Of a stretch of 64,000 nt of DNA, positions 52,985-64,000 are shown piece by piece. The DNA is taken from contig NC_042999.1 in NCBI RefSeq assembly GCF_006345805.1, positions 88,536,001 to 88,600,000 of the forward strand. Reading direction: 5' to 3'. The notes under the pieces were generated by a model. That model ran no database searches, was not told the origin of the DNA, and saw only the letters and a program-made list of their open reading frames with translations. Made by a program: the position numbers and the translations under genes. This DNA is from Octopus sinensis. Lineage: Eukaryota. Position 1 is the first letter of the stretch. The number at the start of each line of letters is the position of its first letter.

Positions 52985-53995
52985 AAAATCAAATCAAACC
53001 AAATCAAAATAGATGAACATCAATGGAATTTGTATCTTTGTGGTACCAGTACCGGTGGCACACAAGAAAACCATCCGAACATGGCCGTAGCCAGTACCGC
53101 ATCGACTGGCCTCCGTGCTGTGGGCACAACAAACACCATCCAATCGTGGCCGTTCGCCAACCTGTGTCGGTGGCACATAAAAACACCATCCGAAGACCCG
53201 GCGACGTAGTCAGTCCACCTGTGCATACCTTCCTTCTTATGACACTTGTGAAGACCTGTTGAGGCAAGTGTGTGACACTTGTGAAGACCTGTTGAGGCAG
53301 AGGCAAGTGTGTGACACTTTGTGAAGACCTGTTGAGGCAGAGGCAAGTGTGTGACACTTGTGAAGACCTGTTGAGGCAAGTGAAAATCAAACCAAATCAA
53401 AATAGATGAACATCAATGGAATTTGTATCTTTGTGGTACCAGTACCGGGGGCACACAAGAAAACCATCCGAACGTGGCCGTAGCCAGTACCGCATCGACT
53501 GGCCTCTGTGATGTGGGCACATAACAAACACCATCCGATCGTGGTGGCCCCTACCTGGGACATAGTCAGTCCACCTGTGCATACCTTCCTTCTTGTGACA
53601 CTTGTGAAGACCTGTTGAGGCAAGTGAAAATCAACAAATCAAAAAATCAAAACAAATCAAAATAAATGAACATCAATGGAATCTGTATCTCTGTGGTACC
53701 AGTGCCGGTGGCACACAAGAAAACCATCCGAACGTGGCTGTAGCCAGTACCGCATCGACTGGCCTCCGTGCTGTGGGCACATAACAAACGCCATCCGATC
53801 GTGGCCGTTCGCCAGCCTCATCTGGCACCTGTCCGAAGACCCGGCAAGACTAGTCAGGCCATAGCCCGTGGCCCCTTCCTGGGACGTAGTCAGTCCACCT
53901 GTGCATACCTTCCTTCTTATGACACTTGTGAAGACCTGTTGAGGCAAGTGCTAATCAAATCAAATGACACTTGTGAAGACCTGTTGAGGCAAGTG

Positions 53996-54033
<38 letters not shown>

Positions 54034-54925
54034 CATAATCAAATCAAAATAGATGAACATCAATGGAATTTGTATCTTTGTGGTACCAATGCCGGTGGCA
54101 CACAAGAAAACCATCCGAACGTGGCGGTAGCCAGTACCACATCGACTGGCCTCGTGCTGTGGGCACGTAACAAACACCATCCGATCCAGCCTCATTTGGC
54201 ACCTGTGCTGGTGGCACATAAAAACACCATCCAAAGACCCGGCAAGACTAGTCAGGCCATAACCCGTGGCCCCTACCTGGGACGTAGTCAGTCCACCTGT
54301 GCATACCTTCCTTCTTATGACACTTGTGAAGACCTGTTGAGGCAAGTATGTGACACTTGTGAAGACCTGTTGAGGCAAGTGTGTGACAGTTGTGAAGACC
54401 TGTTGAGGCAAGTGAAAATCAAACCAAATCAAAATAGATGAACATCAATGGAATTTGTATCTTTGTGGTACCAGTGCCGGTGGCACACAAGAAAACCATC
54501 CGAACGTGGCCGTAGCCAGTACCGCATCGACTGGCCTCCGTGCTGTGGGCACGTAACAAACACTATCCGATCGTGGCCGTTCGCCAGCCTCATCTGGCAC
54601 TTGTGTCGGTGGCACATAAAGACACCATCCGAGCGTGGCCGTCTGCCAGCCTTGTCTGGCACCTGTGTCGGTGGCACATAAAAAACACCATCCGAGCGTG
54701 GCCGTTCGCCAGCCTCGTCTGGCACCTGTGTCGGTGGCACATAAAATCACCCACTACACTCTCGGAGTGGTTGGCGTTAGGAAGGGCATCCAGCTGTAGA
54801 AACACTGCCAGATCTGACTGGCCTGGTGCAGCCTTCGGGCTCCCCAGACTCCAGTTGAACTGTCCAACCCATGCTAGCATGGAAAGCGGACGTTAAATGA
54901 GGATGATGATGATGATGATGATATC
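52985..54925 (+). repeat. Five-unit tandem array (about 260-390 bp units) of the RTE 3' UTR-like repeat, ending in the normal terminus and (GAT)n
   Basis: The marker aaatcaaaatag/aatgaacatcaatgg recurs at about 53001, 53394, 53655, 54040 and 54426. The nested subrepeat gacacttgtgaagacctgttgaggcaagtg occurs 1-3 times per unit. Confidence 0.92.
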
Positions 54926-55127
54926 ATATAAAAGATTGTGGGTAAGGCCAAAACAATGTGAGGTAAATGCAAGATAAATCACAAGAAAACAAATATGTGA
55001 ATGAATGTAGACTTACCCTGTATTCAATATTTTGGGGTTATGACACCATCCTCAAGAAATTTGTTTTCTTGTGATTTACCTTGCATTTACTTCACATTGT
55101 TTTGGCCTTACCTACGATCTTTTATAT
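54926..55127. repeat. Foldback with about 70-bp inverted arms (54926-54994 / 55058-55127)
   Basis: gtaaggccaaaacaatgtga...cacaagaaaacaaat pairs with atttgttttcttgtg...tcacattgttttggccttac. Confidence 0.9.
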
Positions 55128-55923
55128 AATATATTCTACACAATACTTCACAGTAATTTTTTCATACATGTATATATAGGTTTGATGTCAGCATGTGCAT
55201 ATAAGAATTTTTGTGCGTAGTGAGATAAAAAACCAAGGCTGTGTAGATATTAGAACATTTATATGGTGATGTAAACAGGAAAAATAGAACTCACAATATA
55301 AGTATATGTATATTTTTGTTAATTGCAGAAGAGCACCACTAAGCAGTGATAAGTAAAATTACAATATTATTAGTCCAAATATACTGCACGCTACTCTGTG
55401 CATTTTGTCATGGAGAATATATCTCACTTGTTGACAAATGGTATGTATACACCCAGATCAGTTCGCAATGCCACCTACTTAGACTTTGAGATGTTAGAAT
55501 TTCGGAGTAGTTATCTTCTCATCAAATGATGCTACAAACTGATTGAAGAGATTGCTTTTCCAATCACCATACTGTGACTGGTAGCATTATATGACAGCTC
55601 ACCATAAGTATATTACGGAAGAGGAGTGCTAGTAAATTACAGTGTGGGAGTGCTAAGCAGTGATAAGTAATAATTACAATGTTATTATCAGTCTGAATTT
55701 AGCAGAAGCAACAGAGTGACTCGAGGGCCACGAGTTCTGTACATGGGCACTTATCAAACTAGTTACAGACCAAAGAGCTGTGGATTTATATAACTGGTAA
55801 TAATAATATTTCCCTGGGTTGTTTGAGAACAAATTATAAAAACAATTATAATGTCAGATAGATAATTAATATTTCTCAGATAGTTTGCCCTGCTCATTAT
55901 CTCATTCAATAAGTAAATACATA

Positions 55924-56139
55924 TAAGGCAATGGGCTGGCAGAAATGCTAGCATCCCAGGTGAAATGCTTAGCAGTATTTCGTCTGCTATTACATTCTGA
56001 GTTCAAATTCCGCCAAGGTTGACTTTGCCCTTCATCCTTCCGGGGTCGATAAATTAAGTACCAGTTGCATACTGGAGTCGATATACTTTACAGGCACCCC
56101 TCCCCCAACATTTCAGGCCTTGTGCTTAGCATAGAAAAG
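55924..56139 (+). mobile_element. SINE family A (variant tail) with 16-bp TSD
   Basis: The TSD aataagtaaatacata occurs at 55908-55923 and 56140-56155. Confidence 0.92.
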
Positions 56140-56517
56140 AATAAGTAAATACATACAGAAACAAAGGAAAATATGTAATATGTGCATGTTTACACACATG
56201 CACACATATAAGTGATTGTTGGTGAATATAAATTGAGTATAAACATATATATATACATATACATACATACATGTGCATGTATATTCACGCACACTCACAC
56301 ACATTCATATATATATACATATATATGCACTCTTAAACATGCATAATTAAAGAAATGCATACACACATATATATATACAAACTCAAATAGATGTATCTGT
56401 AGAATGAAGTAAGGTTATTTATACATATAGGTGCATAAGGTCATCTATATATAATATGTACGCACACACACACACATATTCATACACACACACATAAACA
56501 TACGTGCACGCACACAC

Positions 56518-56560
<43 letters not shown>

Positions 56561-56569
<9 letters not shown>

Positions 56570-57706
56570 ACACATATGCACATATCCAAGTATATATAAC
56601 TTATAAACAAGGGCAAAAGATAAATTATTTCTATGCCAATATGTTGAAAACAGACTTTAAATCGTCAATTTCCAATACCTTATGAGAAAAATCCAATTGG
56701 ATTTTTCTCATAAGGTATTGGAATCTTACATATATACCATTCTACCTAAAAAATACATATACAAATTCAATATCCCTACATATCTCACATCTATTTTCTT
56801 TCCTTCACCCCACTCTTTCTTTTGTATCCCATCTAAATTAATTATTACTTAACCCTCCTCTCACACCATCTCCCATGAAATATTCTGGAAACAGCTGTAA
56901 CACCTATCTATAAATGTTCTAATATCTACACAGCCTTGATATGTTTATCGCATTACGCAAAAAATTCTCATATACACACGCTGACATATGATCAATGTTG
57001 AACCCCTTATTTGCAAAATCATTGAACCTGGAACTTAACTATGGTCTGTCTATGGCACTTATTTAGCATTACCTGACACTTTTGGGTCTCAATGACACCA
57101 CTACCTCTTATATATATATATTATATATATATATATTATATATATATATACACACATACACACATATGCACATATCCAAGTATATATAACTTATAAACAA
57201 GGGCAAAAGATAAATTATTTCTATGCCAATATGTTGAAAACAGACTTTAAATCGTCAATTTCCAATACCTTATGAGAAAAATCCAATTGGATTTTTCTCA
57301 TAAGGTATTGGAATCTTACATATATACCATTCTACCTAAAAAATACATATACAAATTCAATATCCCTACATATCTCACATCTATTTTCTTTCCTTCACCC
57401 CACTCTTTCTTTTGTATCCCATCTAAATTAATTATTACTTAACCCTCCTCTCACACCATCTCCCATGAAATATTCTGGAAACAGCTGTAACACCTATCTA
57501 TAAATGTTCTAATATCTACACAGCCTTGATATGTTTATCGCATTACGCAAAAAATTCTCATATACACACGCTGACATATGATCAATGTTGAACCCCTTAT
57601 TTGCAAAATCATTGAACCTGGAACTTAACTATGGTCTGTCTATGGCACTTATTTAGCATTACCTGACACTTTTGGGTCTCAATGACACCACTACCTCTTA
57701 TATATA

Positions 57707-57749
<43 letters not shown>

Positions 57750-58557
57750 GTAGTGGTGTCATTGAGACCCAATGTAATATATACATTATATATCTAATAT
57801 ATATGTACACATTCATATAAATATGTGTGTGCATGCATTTGCACACACACAAATGCACTCACATGTGGGTGAATGTGTATAGAGTAGTTTTATGCTAAAT
57901 TTCATAGCTCTGTAACTCAGTAGTTTTCAATGCTTGACCTTTCAAGTGCATTGGAAAAATATATTGATTCATGTATATAAACTTACATTCATACACATAT
58001 GTGTATATATACACACATACACACATATGCACATATCCAAGTATATATAACTTATAAACAAGGGCAAAAGATAAATTATTTCTATGCCAATATGTTGAAA
58101 ACAGACTTTAAATCGTCAATTTCCAATACCTTATGAGAAAAATCCAATTGGATTTTTCTCATAAGGTATTGGAATCTTACATATATACCATTCTACCTAA
58201 AAAATACATATACAAATTCAATATCCCTACATATCTCACATCTATTTTCTTTCCTTCACCCCACTCTTTCTTTTGTATCCCATCTAAATTAATTATTACT
58301 TAACCCTCCTCTCACACCATCTCCCATGAAATATTCTGGAAACAGCTGTAACACCTATCTATAAATGTTCTAATATCTACACAGCCTTGATATGTTTATC
58401 GCATTACGCAAAAAATTCTCATATACACACGCTGACATATGATCAATGTTGAACCCCTTATTTGCAAAATCATTGAACCTGGAACTTAACTATGGTCTGT
58501 CTATGGCACTTATTTAGCATTACCTGACACTTTTGGGTCTCAATGACACCACTACCT

Positions 58558-58609
<52 letters not shown>

Positions 58610-58870
58610 GTAGTGGTGTCATTGAGACCCAATGTAATATATACATTATATATCTAATATATATGTACACATTCATATAAATATGTGTGTGCATGCATTT
58701 GCACACACACAAATGCACTCACATGTGGGTGAATGTGTATAGAGTAGTTTTATGCTAAATTTCATAGCTCTGTAACTCAGTAGTTTTCAATGCTTGACCT
58801 TTCAAGTGCATTGGAAAAATATATTGATTCATGTATATAAACTTACATTCATACACATATGTGTATATAT
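56561..58870. repeat. Tandem segmental duplication A-A-B-A-B (A = 548 bp, B about 264 bp)
   Basis: A at 56561-57108, 57151-57698 and 58012-58559; B at 57747-58010 and 58607-58870. Copies appear identical and the junctions fall in (TA)n/(CA)n. Confidence 0.95.
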
Positions 58871-58930
58871 ACACACATACTTACATATATATATATATAA
58901 GCGAGAAAGAAGCAACAAGAATGGATAGGT

Positions 58931-59021
58931 TTTTAGTACAATCGTTTCATACAAGGACAGGCTTTATTAAAAGTTGTAAAAATTACAGCATATAAACGTG
59001 TCCCGTACTCATCAGCTAAAA
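58931..59021 (-). ncRNA. Type I hammerhead ribozyme, left arm of palindrome 3
   Basis: Mirror image of 59213-59303. Confidence 0.82.
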
Positions 59022-59212
59022 TACATGTGAGTTCTCTAGACATCCTAGTGGTTGAGGCTATACTCATGAAGTAATGTAGATAATTAAGTAACATAAACAG
59101 ATTTCCAAAGTTCATTTAATGAACTTTGGAAATCTGTTTATGTTACTTAATTATCTACATTACTTCATGAGTATAGCCTCAACCACTAGGATGTCTAGAG
59201 AACTCACATGTA

Positions 59213-59303
59213 TTTTAGCTGATGAGTACGGGACACGTTTATATGCTGTAATTTTTACAACTTTTAATAAAGCCTGTCCTTGTATGAAACGATTGTACTA
59301 AAA
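59213..59303 (+). ncRNA. Type I hammerhead ribozyme, right arm of palindrome 3
   Basis: TTTTAG-CTGATGA-GTACGGGACA-(loop)-TGTCCTTGTAT-GAAA-CGATTG-TA-CTAAAA. 6-bp stem I, long stem II with G.U closing pair, near-palindromic stem III, GUA triplet. Confidence 0.85.
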
Positions 59304-60387
59304 AACCTATCCATTCTTGTTGCTTCTTTCTCGCTTATAATCACCCCACATTACTGTATTGTTAAAACAGTATAGTTTTTTTTGGTGCATCTAAGTTAGG
59401 TACCATATTCAAGTAAATTCATTTAAATTAACTTGAATCTTTATTGCTTTTTGTATATATATATATATATATATATATTTATACATGCATATATGTACAT
59501 ACATATATACACATATATGCATACAAGCATACATACATTTATAGATACAGTGCTTGGATACATTGTTAGTGTCGCTTGGTGCTTCGAGTCACAGCATACA
59601 CTCTCTATACATGAGCACAAACATATATGCATACAAGCATATTTGCATACATGTATTTATACATACACACACATGCACACATACACACATATATGTATAC
59701 ATACACACATACATGCATACATACACACATATATGTATACATACATACACACATATATGTATACATACATACATACATACATACTCACATATATGAATAC
59801 ATACATACATATATACATACATACAGATTGCTTAATGATGTCAAATGATAGCTGTTTTAATATTCTTTGCTCAGTAAATAAGAATAGTGGGATTTGTCAC
59901 CTGTATCATGTTCAATTATAGTGACATATTCTTGTATGACACCTATACCACTCTCTAAGCATCCCCAGTAAATGTCCATTGACATGCAAAGTGCAACATG
60001 ACAGGTAGCCTTATCAACCATAGTTTATGTGTAGATGGGTTTCTCATAGATTTTTCCACTAAAAAGAAATTGGCCTGTAGCTTTCAAGTGAGGATTTTCT
60101 TCTCCAATGAGTTTTACTGAACAGCCAATTGCAAAACTGGTTTTACACAGAGAGAGACAAAGACACAGGCACACACACATATACACACATGCACACACAT
60201 ATATAATCACATACACACATATGTGTGCCTGTGTGTTAGGAATATACATGGTGATAGGAAGGCATCCAGCCATAAAAACCATGCTTCAACAGATAGCTGG
60301 ATCTTGAACAGCTCCCTGCTAGCCAGCTCCATGTGAAACTGTCCAACCCATGCCAGCATGGAAAGCAGACGTTAAAACGGTGACGAC

Positions 60388-60423
<36 letters not shown>

Positions 60424-63301
60424 TGTTTGTGTGTGTGTGTGTGTGTGCTTGTGTGTGTGTGTGTGACAGCTATGGGGTGATTTATTTCACATCAGACATG
60501 AATCTATATTTACTTCTGTGGTAAATACTAGGCAAAGAGATTGGATTCTATACTGATTATATCCTGAGTTCACCCATCCCTTTTGTCCCTGATGTGTGGT
60601 TTATTCTCTGATGTCTCAACCATGGACATTTTCTCAGTAACTTGAGAATTATGTCAATACTAACAGAAAGTGAAATCCCTCTTGGCCTCAAAACCTTTAC
60701 ATCATGTGACATTTCAAAGGTTATGCTTTTGCAGTTAATGATCAAGAGAAAAGCTATTAACTACTTATTAAAGAAAAAAGACAGTAAAGCCTTCGGTCCT
60801 TTATGATCTGTCTACAAATGTTATTCGTGAGACAGTCCTGTGGTAAACATTACGCATATAATCAGTAGTTGCCAAAAAATATCATCCATTGTGGTTTGAT
60901 GTCAATATAAGTTCATCCTTACAAAAGTTATTGCCCTGGAACGATGTAAAACATATTCTGATGTTGAGTATTGTCTCCCACAAACATTTTCTAATATTTT
61001 GGTGAAGTGGGTTTAATGGCATAATTCTCACTTTTGCTTAACATGTATTTAGTAACTACCTGCTGCTCTTGGACTGCAAAATCATAACAAAAATTATGTA
61101 CTGAATATTTCATCTATATTAATAAAAGCAAAATTCTTTCTGTCCATCTGGGAACCTTGTATCTCAGATTGCATTTATTCTTCATAGACATATTATACAT
61201 TTTTGGAATCAGGATGATCTCAGGATTGAAAATCTGCCTTTCATTTGGTTCTTGAACATTCAGCATTGGGATCTGATTTAAAAGCATTTGGGTTGCTATT
61301 TCTAGCAGGTAATGCTTGGCTGATTTACGCCATCCTGCTTGGCATTTTTCAGATGATGTCAGAGATCAATGGGGAAGTAAATGACATTCTCGTCATTAAT
61401 TTTACATCAAGGTAAGAACTTTGGTACAAAAATTGGCCAACAGTTGGAAATCAACTTGGGACTGGAAAAATAGAATGATTGTATTACAGAATTAATTCTC
61501 ATTCATCCTTAACTTCTGATCGAACACCAACAAGGCATATAGTCATTATAGACATAGTCATACTATTTAGCTCTCTTTAATTTTGGTTTGCAGGCCCAAT
61601 TAGTCCTTTGCAGAAGCTAGTTCAAAGGTCTGCAGGGAGTGCGACTTTTAAGCTAGTTCATAATAAATGAGAAAGGCAACTACTTTGAAACCTACAAATT
61701 CCCAATGTAGACTAACAATTGTACATTTGTACCAGTGATCTTGGCTCTATTTAGCTATGTCACTAAATATTTTAAATGTAATCTTGAAAAGCTGTGCTCT
61801 TCAGGCCAAGCAAATGATAATCTAACTCAATGTGCAAATACACTCTGTAACTAAAACATACAAATAAAAGAGAATTTTTTTTCTTGTTTTATATTTCATT
61901 GTAAACTGTCATTATCAAAATTCCACTGAAGGAATTTAGCTTCTTAAAATCCTTCCTTTTCTTAGAGGAAGATTTGAAAGAATTAAAATGGAAAGCGCAA
62001 CAAAAAAAAAGTAAGAAATCAGAGAGCACAAAACACTTCACTATTTTTCTGTTTACTTTTCGATTGCTCTCAGCAAACTGGTTTCACCTATTTGCAACTG
62101 ACATACTTCGATGTTTCTAATAGTCTTGGGAAATATATGTCTGTCATGATTTCTTTTATTTTTCCCAAAGAATATTTGGCTTTAAGTCTATATAGAAAAA
62201 AGCCCTCAGCAACATCAGTATTACCAACAATCCAATGTCAACTATGCGGGTGCAATCGATAAAGTACCTGTGCTGATGCATTAGAAGATCCAAAGTTTGG
62301 TAATTTTTATTGCTTTTAAGACAAAAATCCTAACAATGACAATTTTGTTATTCATCCCTTCATTAAATATGTAGCAACAATACATCAAGTTTACTAAAAT
62401 CTTTCTTCCTACGTTCTCTCTTATATGAAAATAAGTAGCTCTAGTTCCAGACAAAATAATTCTTAATACAACTAGTACTTTTCTATCTGCCTCTGAGCTC
62501 AAAGCATAACATGGCTCTATTTAATTGGTTAACTTTCTATCTGTTTTTCTAACCATCCATCTCCAAATCTCTCTCCTTCAATATTTACCTGTCTAAGTAA
62601 TATAAATATAAGTATACATGCATACAGATATGCAGACATTCACTCACTCTCATGCACGCACACATACTCAAACAGGGAATTGTATCAAACATATGAGAGA
62701 GGAGTGCTTGATGCATCTTGTACAGTATATAGTTTACTGAAACTGAATTCTCATCTCTTGACTTGAGTTTCATGTCACAGTGATATTTAGGTGGAAAATA
62801 TATATATGTGTCTGTGTATGTGTGTGTAGATATAGGAGTTTAGTAGGCAGAAACCGAAAGGAGAACATCATTGATCGCTAGCCACTAAAGCTTTTTTTTA
62901 TTATCTCTCTGTTTATTTTTTCATGTTCCTTTCAGTTGAAGAGTGTAGGCTCAAAACATAAAATACTTTCTCACCTTCCTGAGTGTTCAAACTAATACAT
63001 CTGTTTGTTGTTTACATACTAGTCTTCGTCTTGTTTTTTTTTTTGTAAATTCCAACTATATATATATATATATTCAAGCATGGTCATTGCCAGAAGCGTC
63101 TGACTGGCCCTCGTGCCAGTGGCACATAAAAAGCATCCTCTACACTCTCGGCGTGGTTGGCATTAGGAAGGGCATCGAGCTGTAGAAACTTTGCCAGACC
63201 AGATTGAGCCTGGTGCAGCCTGTGGCTCACCAGTCCTCAGTCAAACCGTCCAACCCATGCCAGCATGGAAAGTGGACGTTAAACGATGATGATGATGATT
63301 A

Positions 63302-63361
<60 letters not shown>

Positions 63362-63364
63362 GTG

Positions 63365-64000
63365 GTAAAAAGATGTGGGCCCTGAATGCATAGGACATGT
63401 GAAGGTTAGAAAGGAATGAGACTAGTATGCTCTGCTAGATGTGTAATGTAAGTGTACATATTTGACAGAGTGCTAGGGTTCTGAGATAGAAATTAGGCAT
63501 AAGAGGAATTGGTTGCTGTATGCAAGAGAGAAGACTGCACTGGTTTGATCATGTGATGTGGATGGATGTTGAAAGCTCCATAAAGAAGTGCCAATCTCAA
63601 AGAGGATGGTACCCGTGGAAGTGGGAAACCTAGAAAGACATAGATGAAGTACTGAAGAATGACCTCAAGAAGCTGAACCTTTCAGGCGAGATGACAAAGT
63701 ACCAAGATACCTGGTGCCTGGCCATGCTCAAGAAGACCCATACTCAGCACCAGAAGTGTTATGACTGATCCTTCTGGTGGTGTAAAGCGGTGCCACATAA
63801 AAGCATCTATGTGGTGCCACATAAAAGCATCTGTGCAGCATCATATAAAGGCAACCATTCGGTGCCATGTAAAAGTACCCATGTGGTGTCATGTAAAAGT
63901 GGTGTCACATGAAATCACCCAGCACACTCTGTAAAGTGGTTGGTGTTATGAAGGGCATCCAACCATAGAAGCAATGCCAAATTAGACTAGTGTCTGGTAC
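63365..64000 (+). mobile_element. Decayed RTE LINE 3' ORF end followed by its 3' UTR-type repeat
   Basis: LHWFDHVM.MD (WFGHVMRM), GKPRKT*DEVLKNDL, and WCLAMLKKTH. Then 22-bp gtgccacataaaagcatc units and the cagcacactctgtaaagtggttgg...gaagggcatcc terminus. Confidence 0.8.

Larger units (their letters stand above)
58896..59430. mobile_element. Twin-HHR palindrome 3 (221-bp arms, 1-nt centre at 59117) with one-sided tail 59340-59430
   Basis: The ORF track gives identical 60-aa translations at 58933-59115 (-) and 59119-59301 (+). The only difference I see is an A5/A6 run. Confidence 0.95.

Noticed and set aside
53240-53385. 30-36 bp direct repeats resembling a CRISPR array
   Set aside because: The repeats are contiguous with no unique spacers, the context is eukaryotic and there are no cas genes.
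53840-53950. Possible HDV-like or hammerhead ribozyme in the RTE-UTR array unit
   Set aside because: It lacks the HDV P1/P1.1 geometry, and the core reads CTTGTGA/CTTATGA, not CUGANGA.
61188-61411. Exon-like segment with strong donor AAG|gtaaga
   Set aside because: The frame opened by the best acceptor has multiple stops, and the only open frame is not phase-compatible with the next candidate exon.

Overview
This is an AT-rich, microsatellite-dense eukaryotic window with no host protein-coding gene that I can identify confidently. Most ORFs in the supplied track are microsatellite or transposon artefacts. The SINE families and the (TA)n/(CA)n/(CAT)n landscape suggest an octopus (coleoid cephalopod) genome; this comes from recollection of these repeat families, not a database search. 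Contents are many decayed RTE LINE fragments and RTE 3' UTRs, one young CR1 3' end, an R4/Dong-like LINE, Tc1/mariner relics, piggyBac-type MITEs, tRNA-derived SINEs (several with clear target-site duplications), and at least six remnants of Penelope-like elements (PLEs). The most notable signal is a set of type I hammerhead ribozyme (HHR) motifs with self-complementary stem III. Three of these occur as twin, back-to-back copies forming 240-540 bp palindromes next to (TA)n tracts (about 9.25-9.50, 33.15-33.69 and 58.90-59.34 kb). Two of those palindromes are related and break at the same internal TATA, with a homologous tail on one side only. One PLE carries a tRNA-like A/B-box module directly upstream of its HHR. 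The window also has a 1.06-kb near-identical inverted duplication, a foldback element with minisatellite arms, a tandemly amplified RTE 3' UTR, and an A-A-B-A-B tandem duplication.
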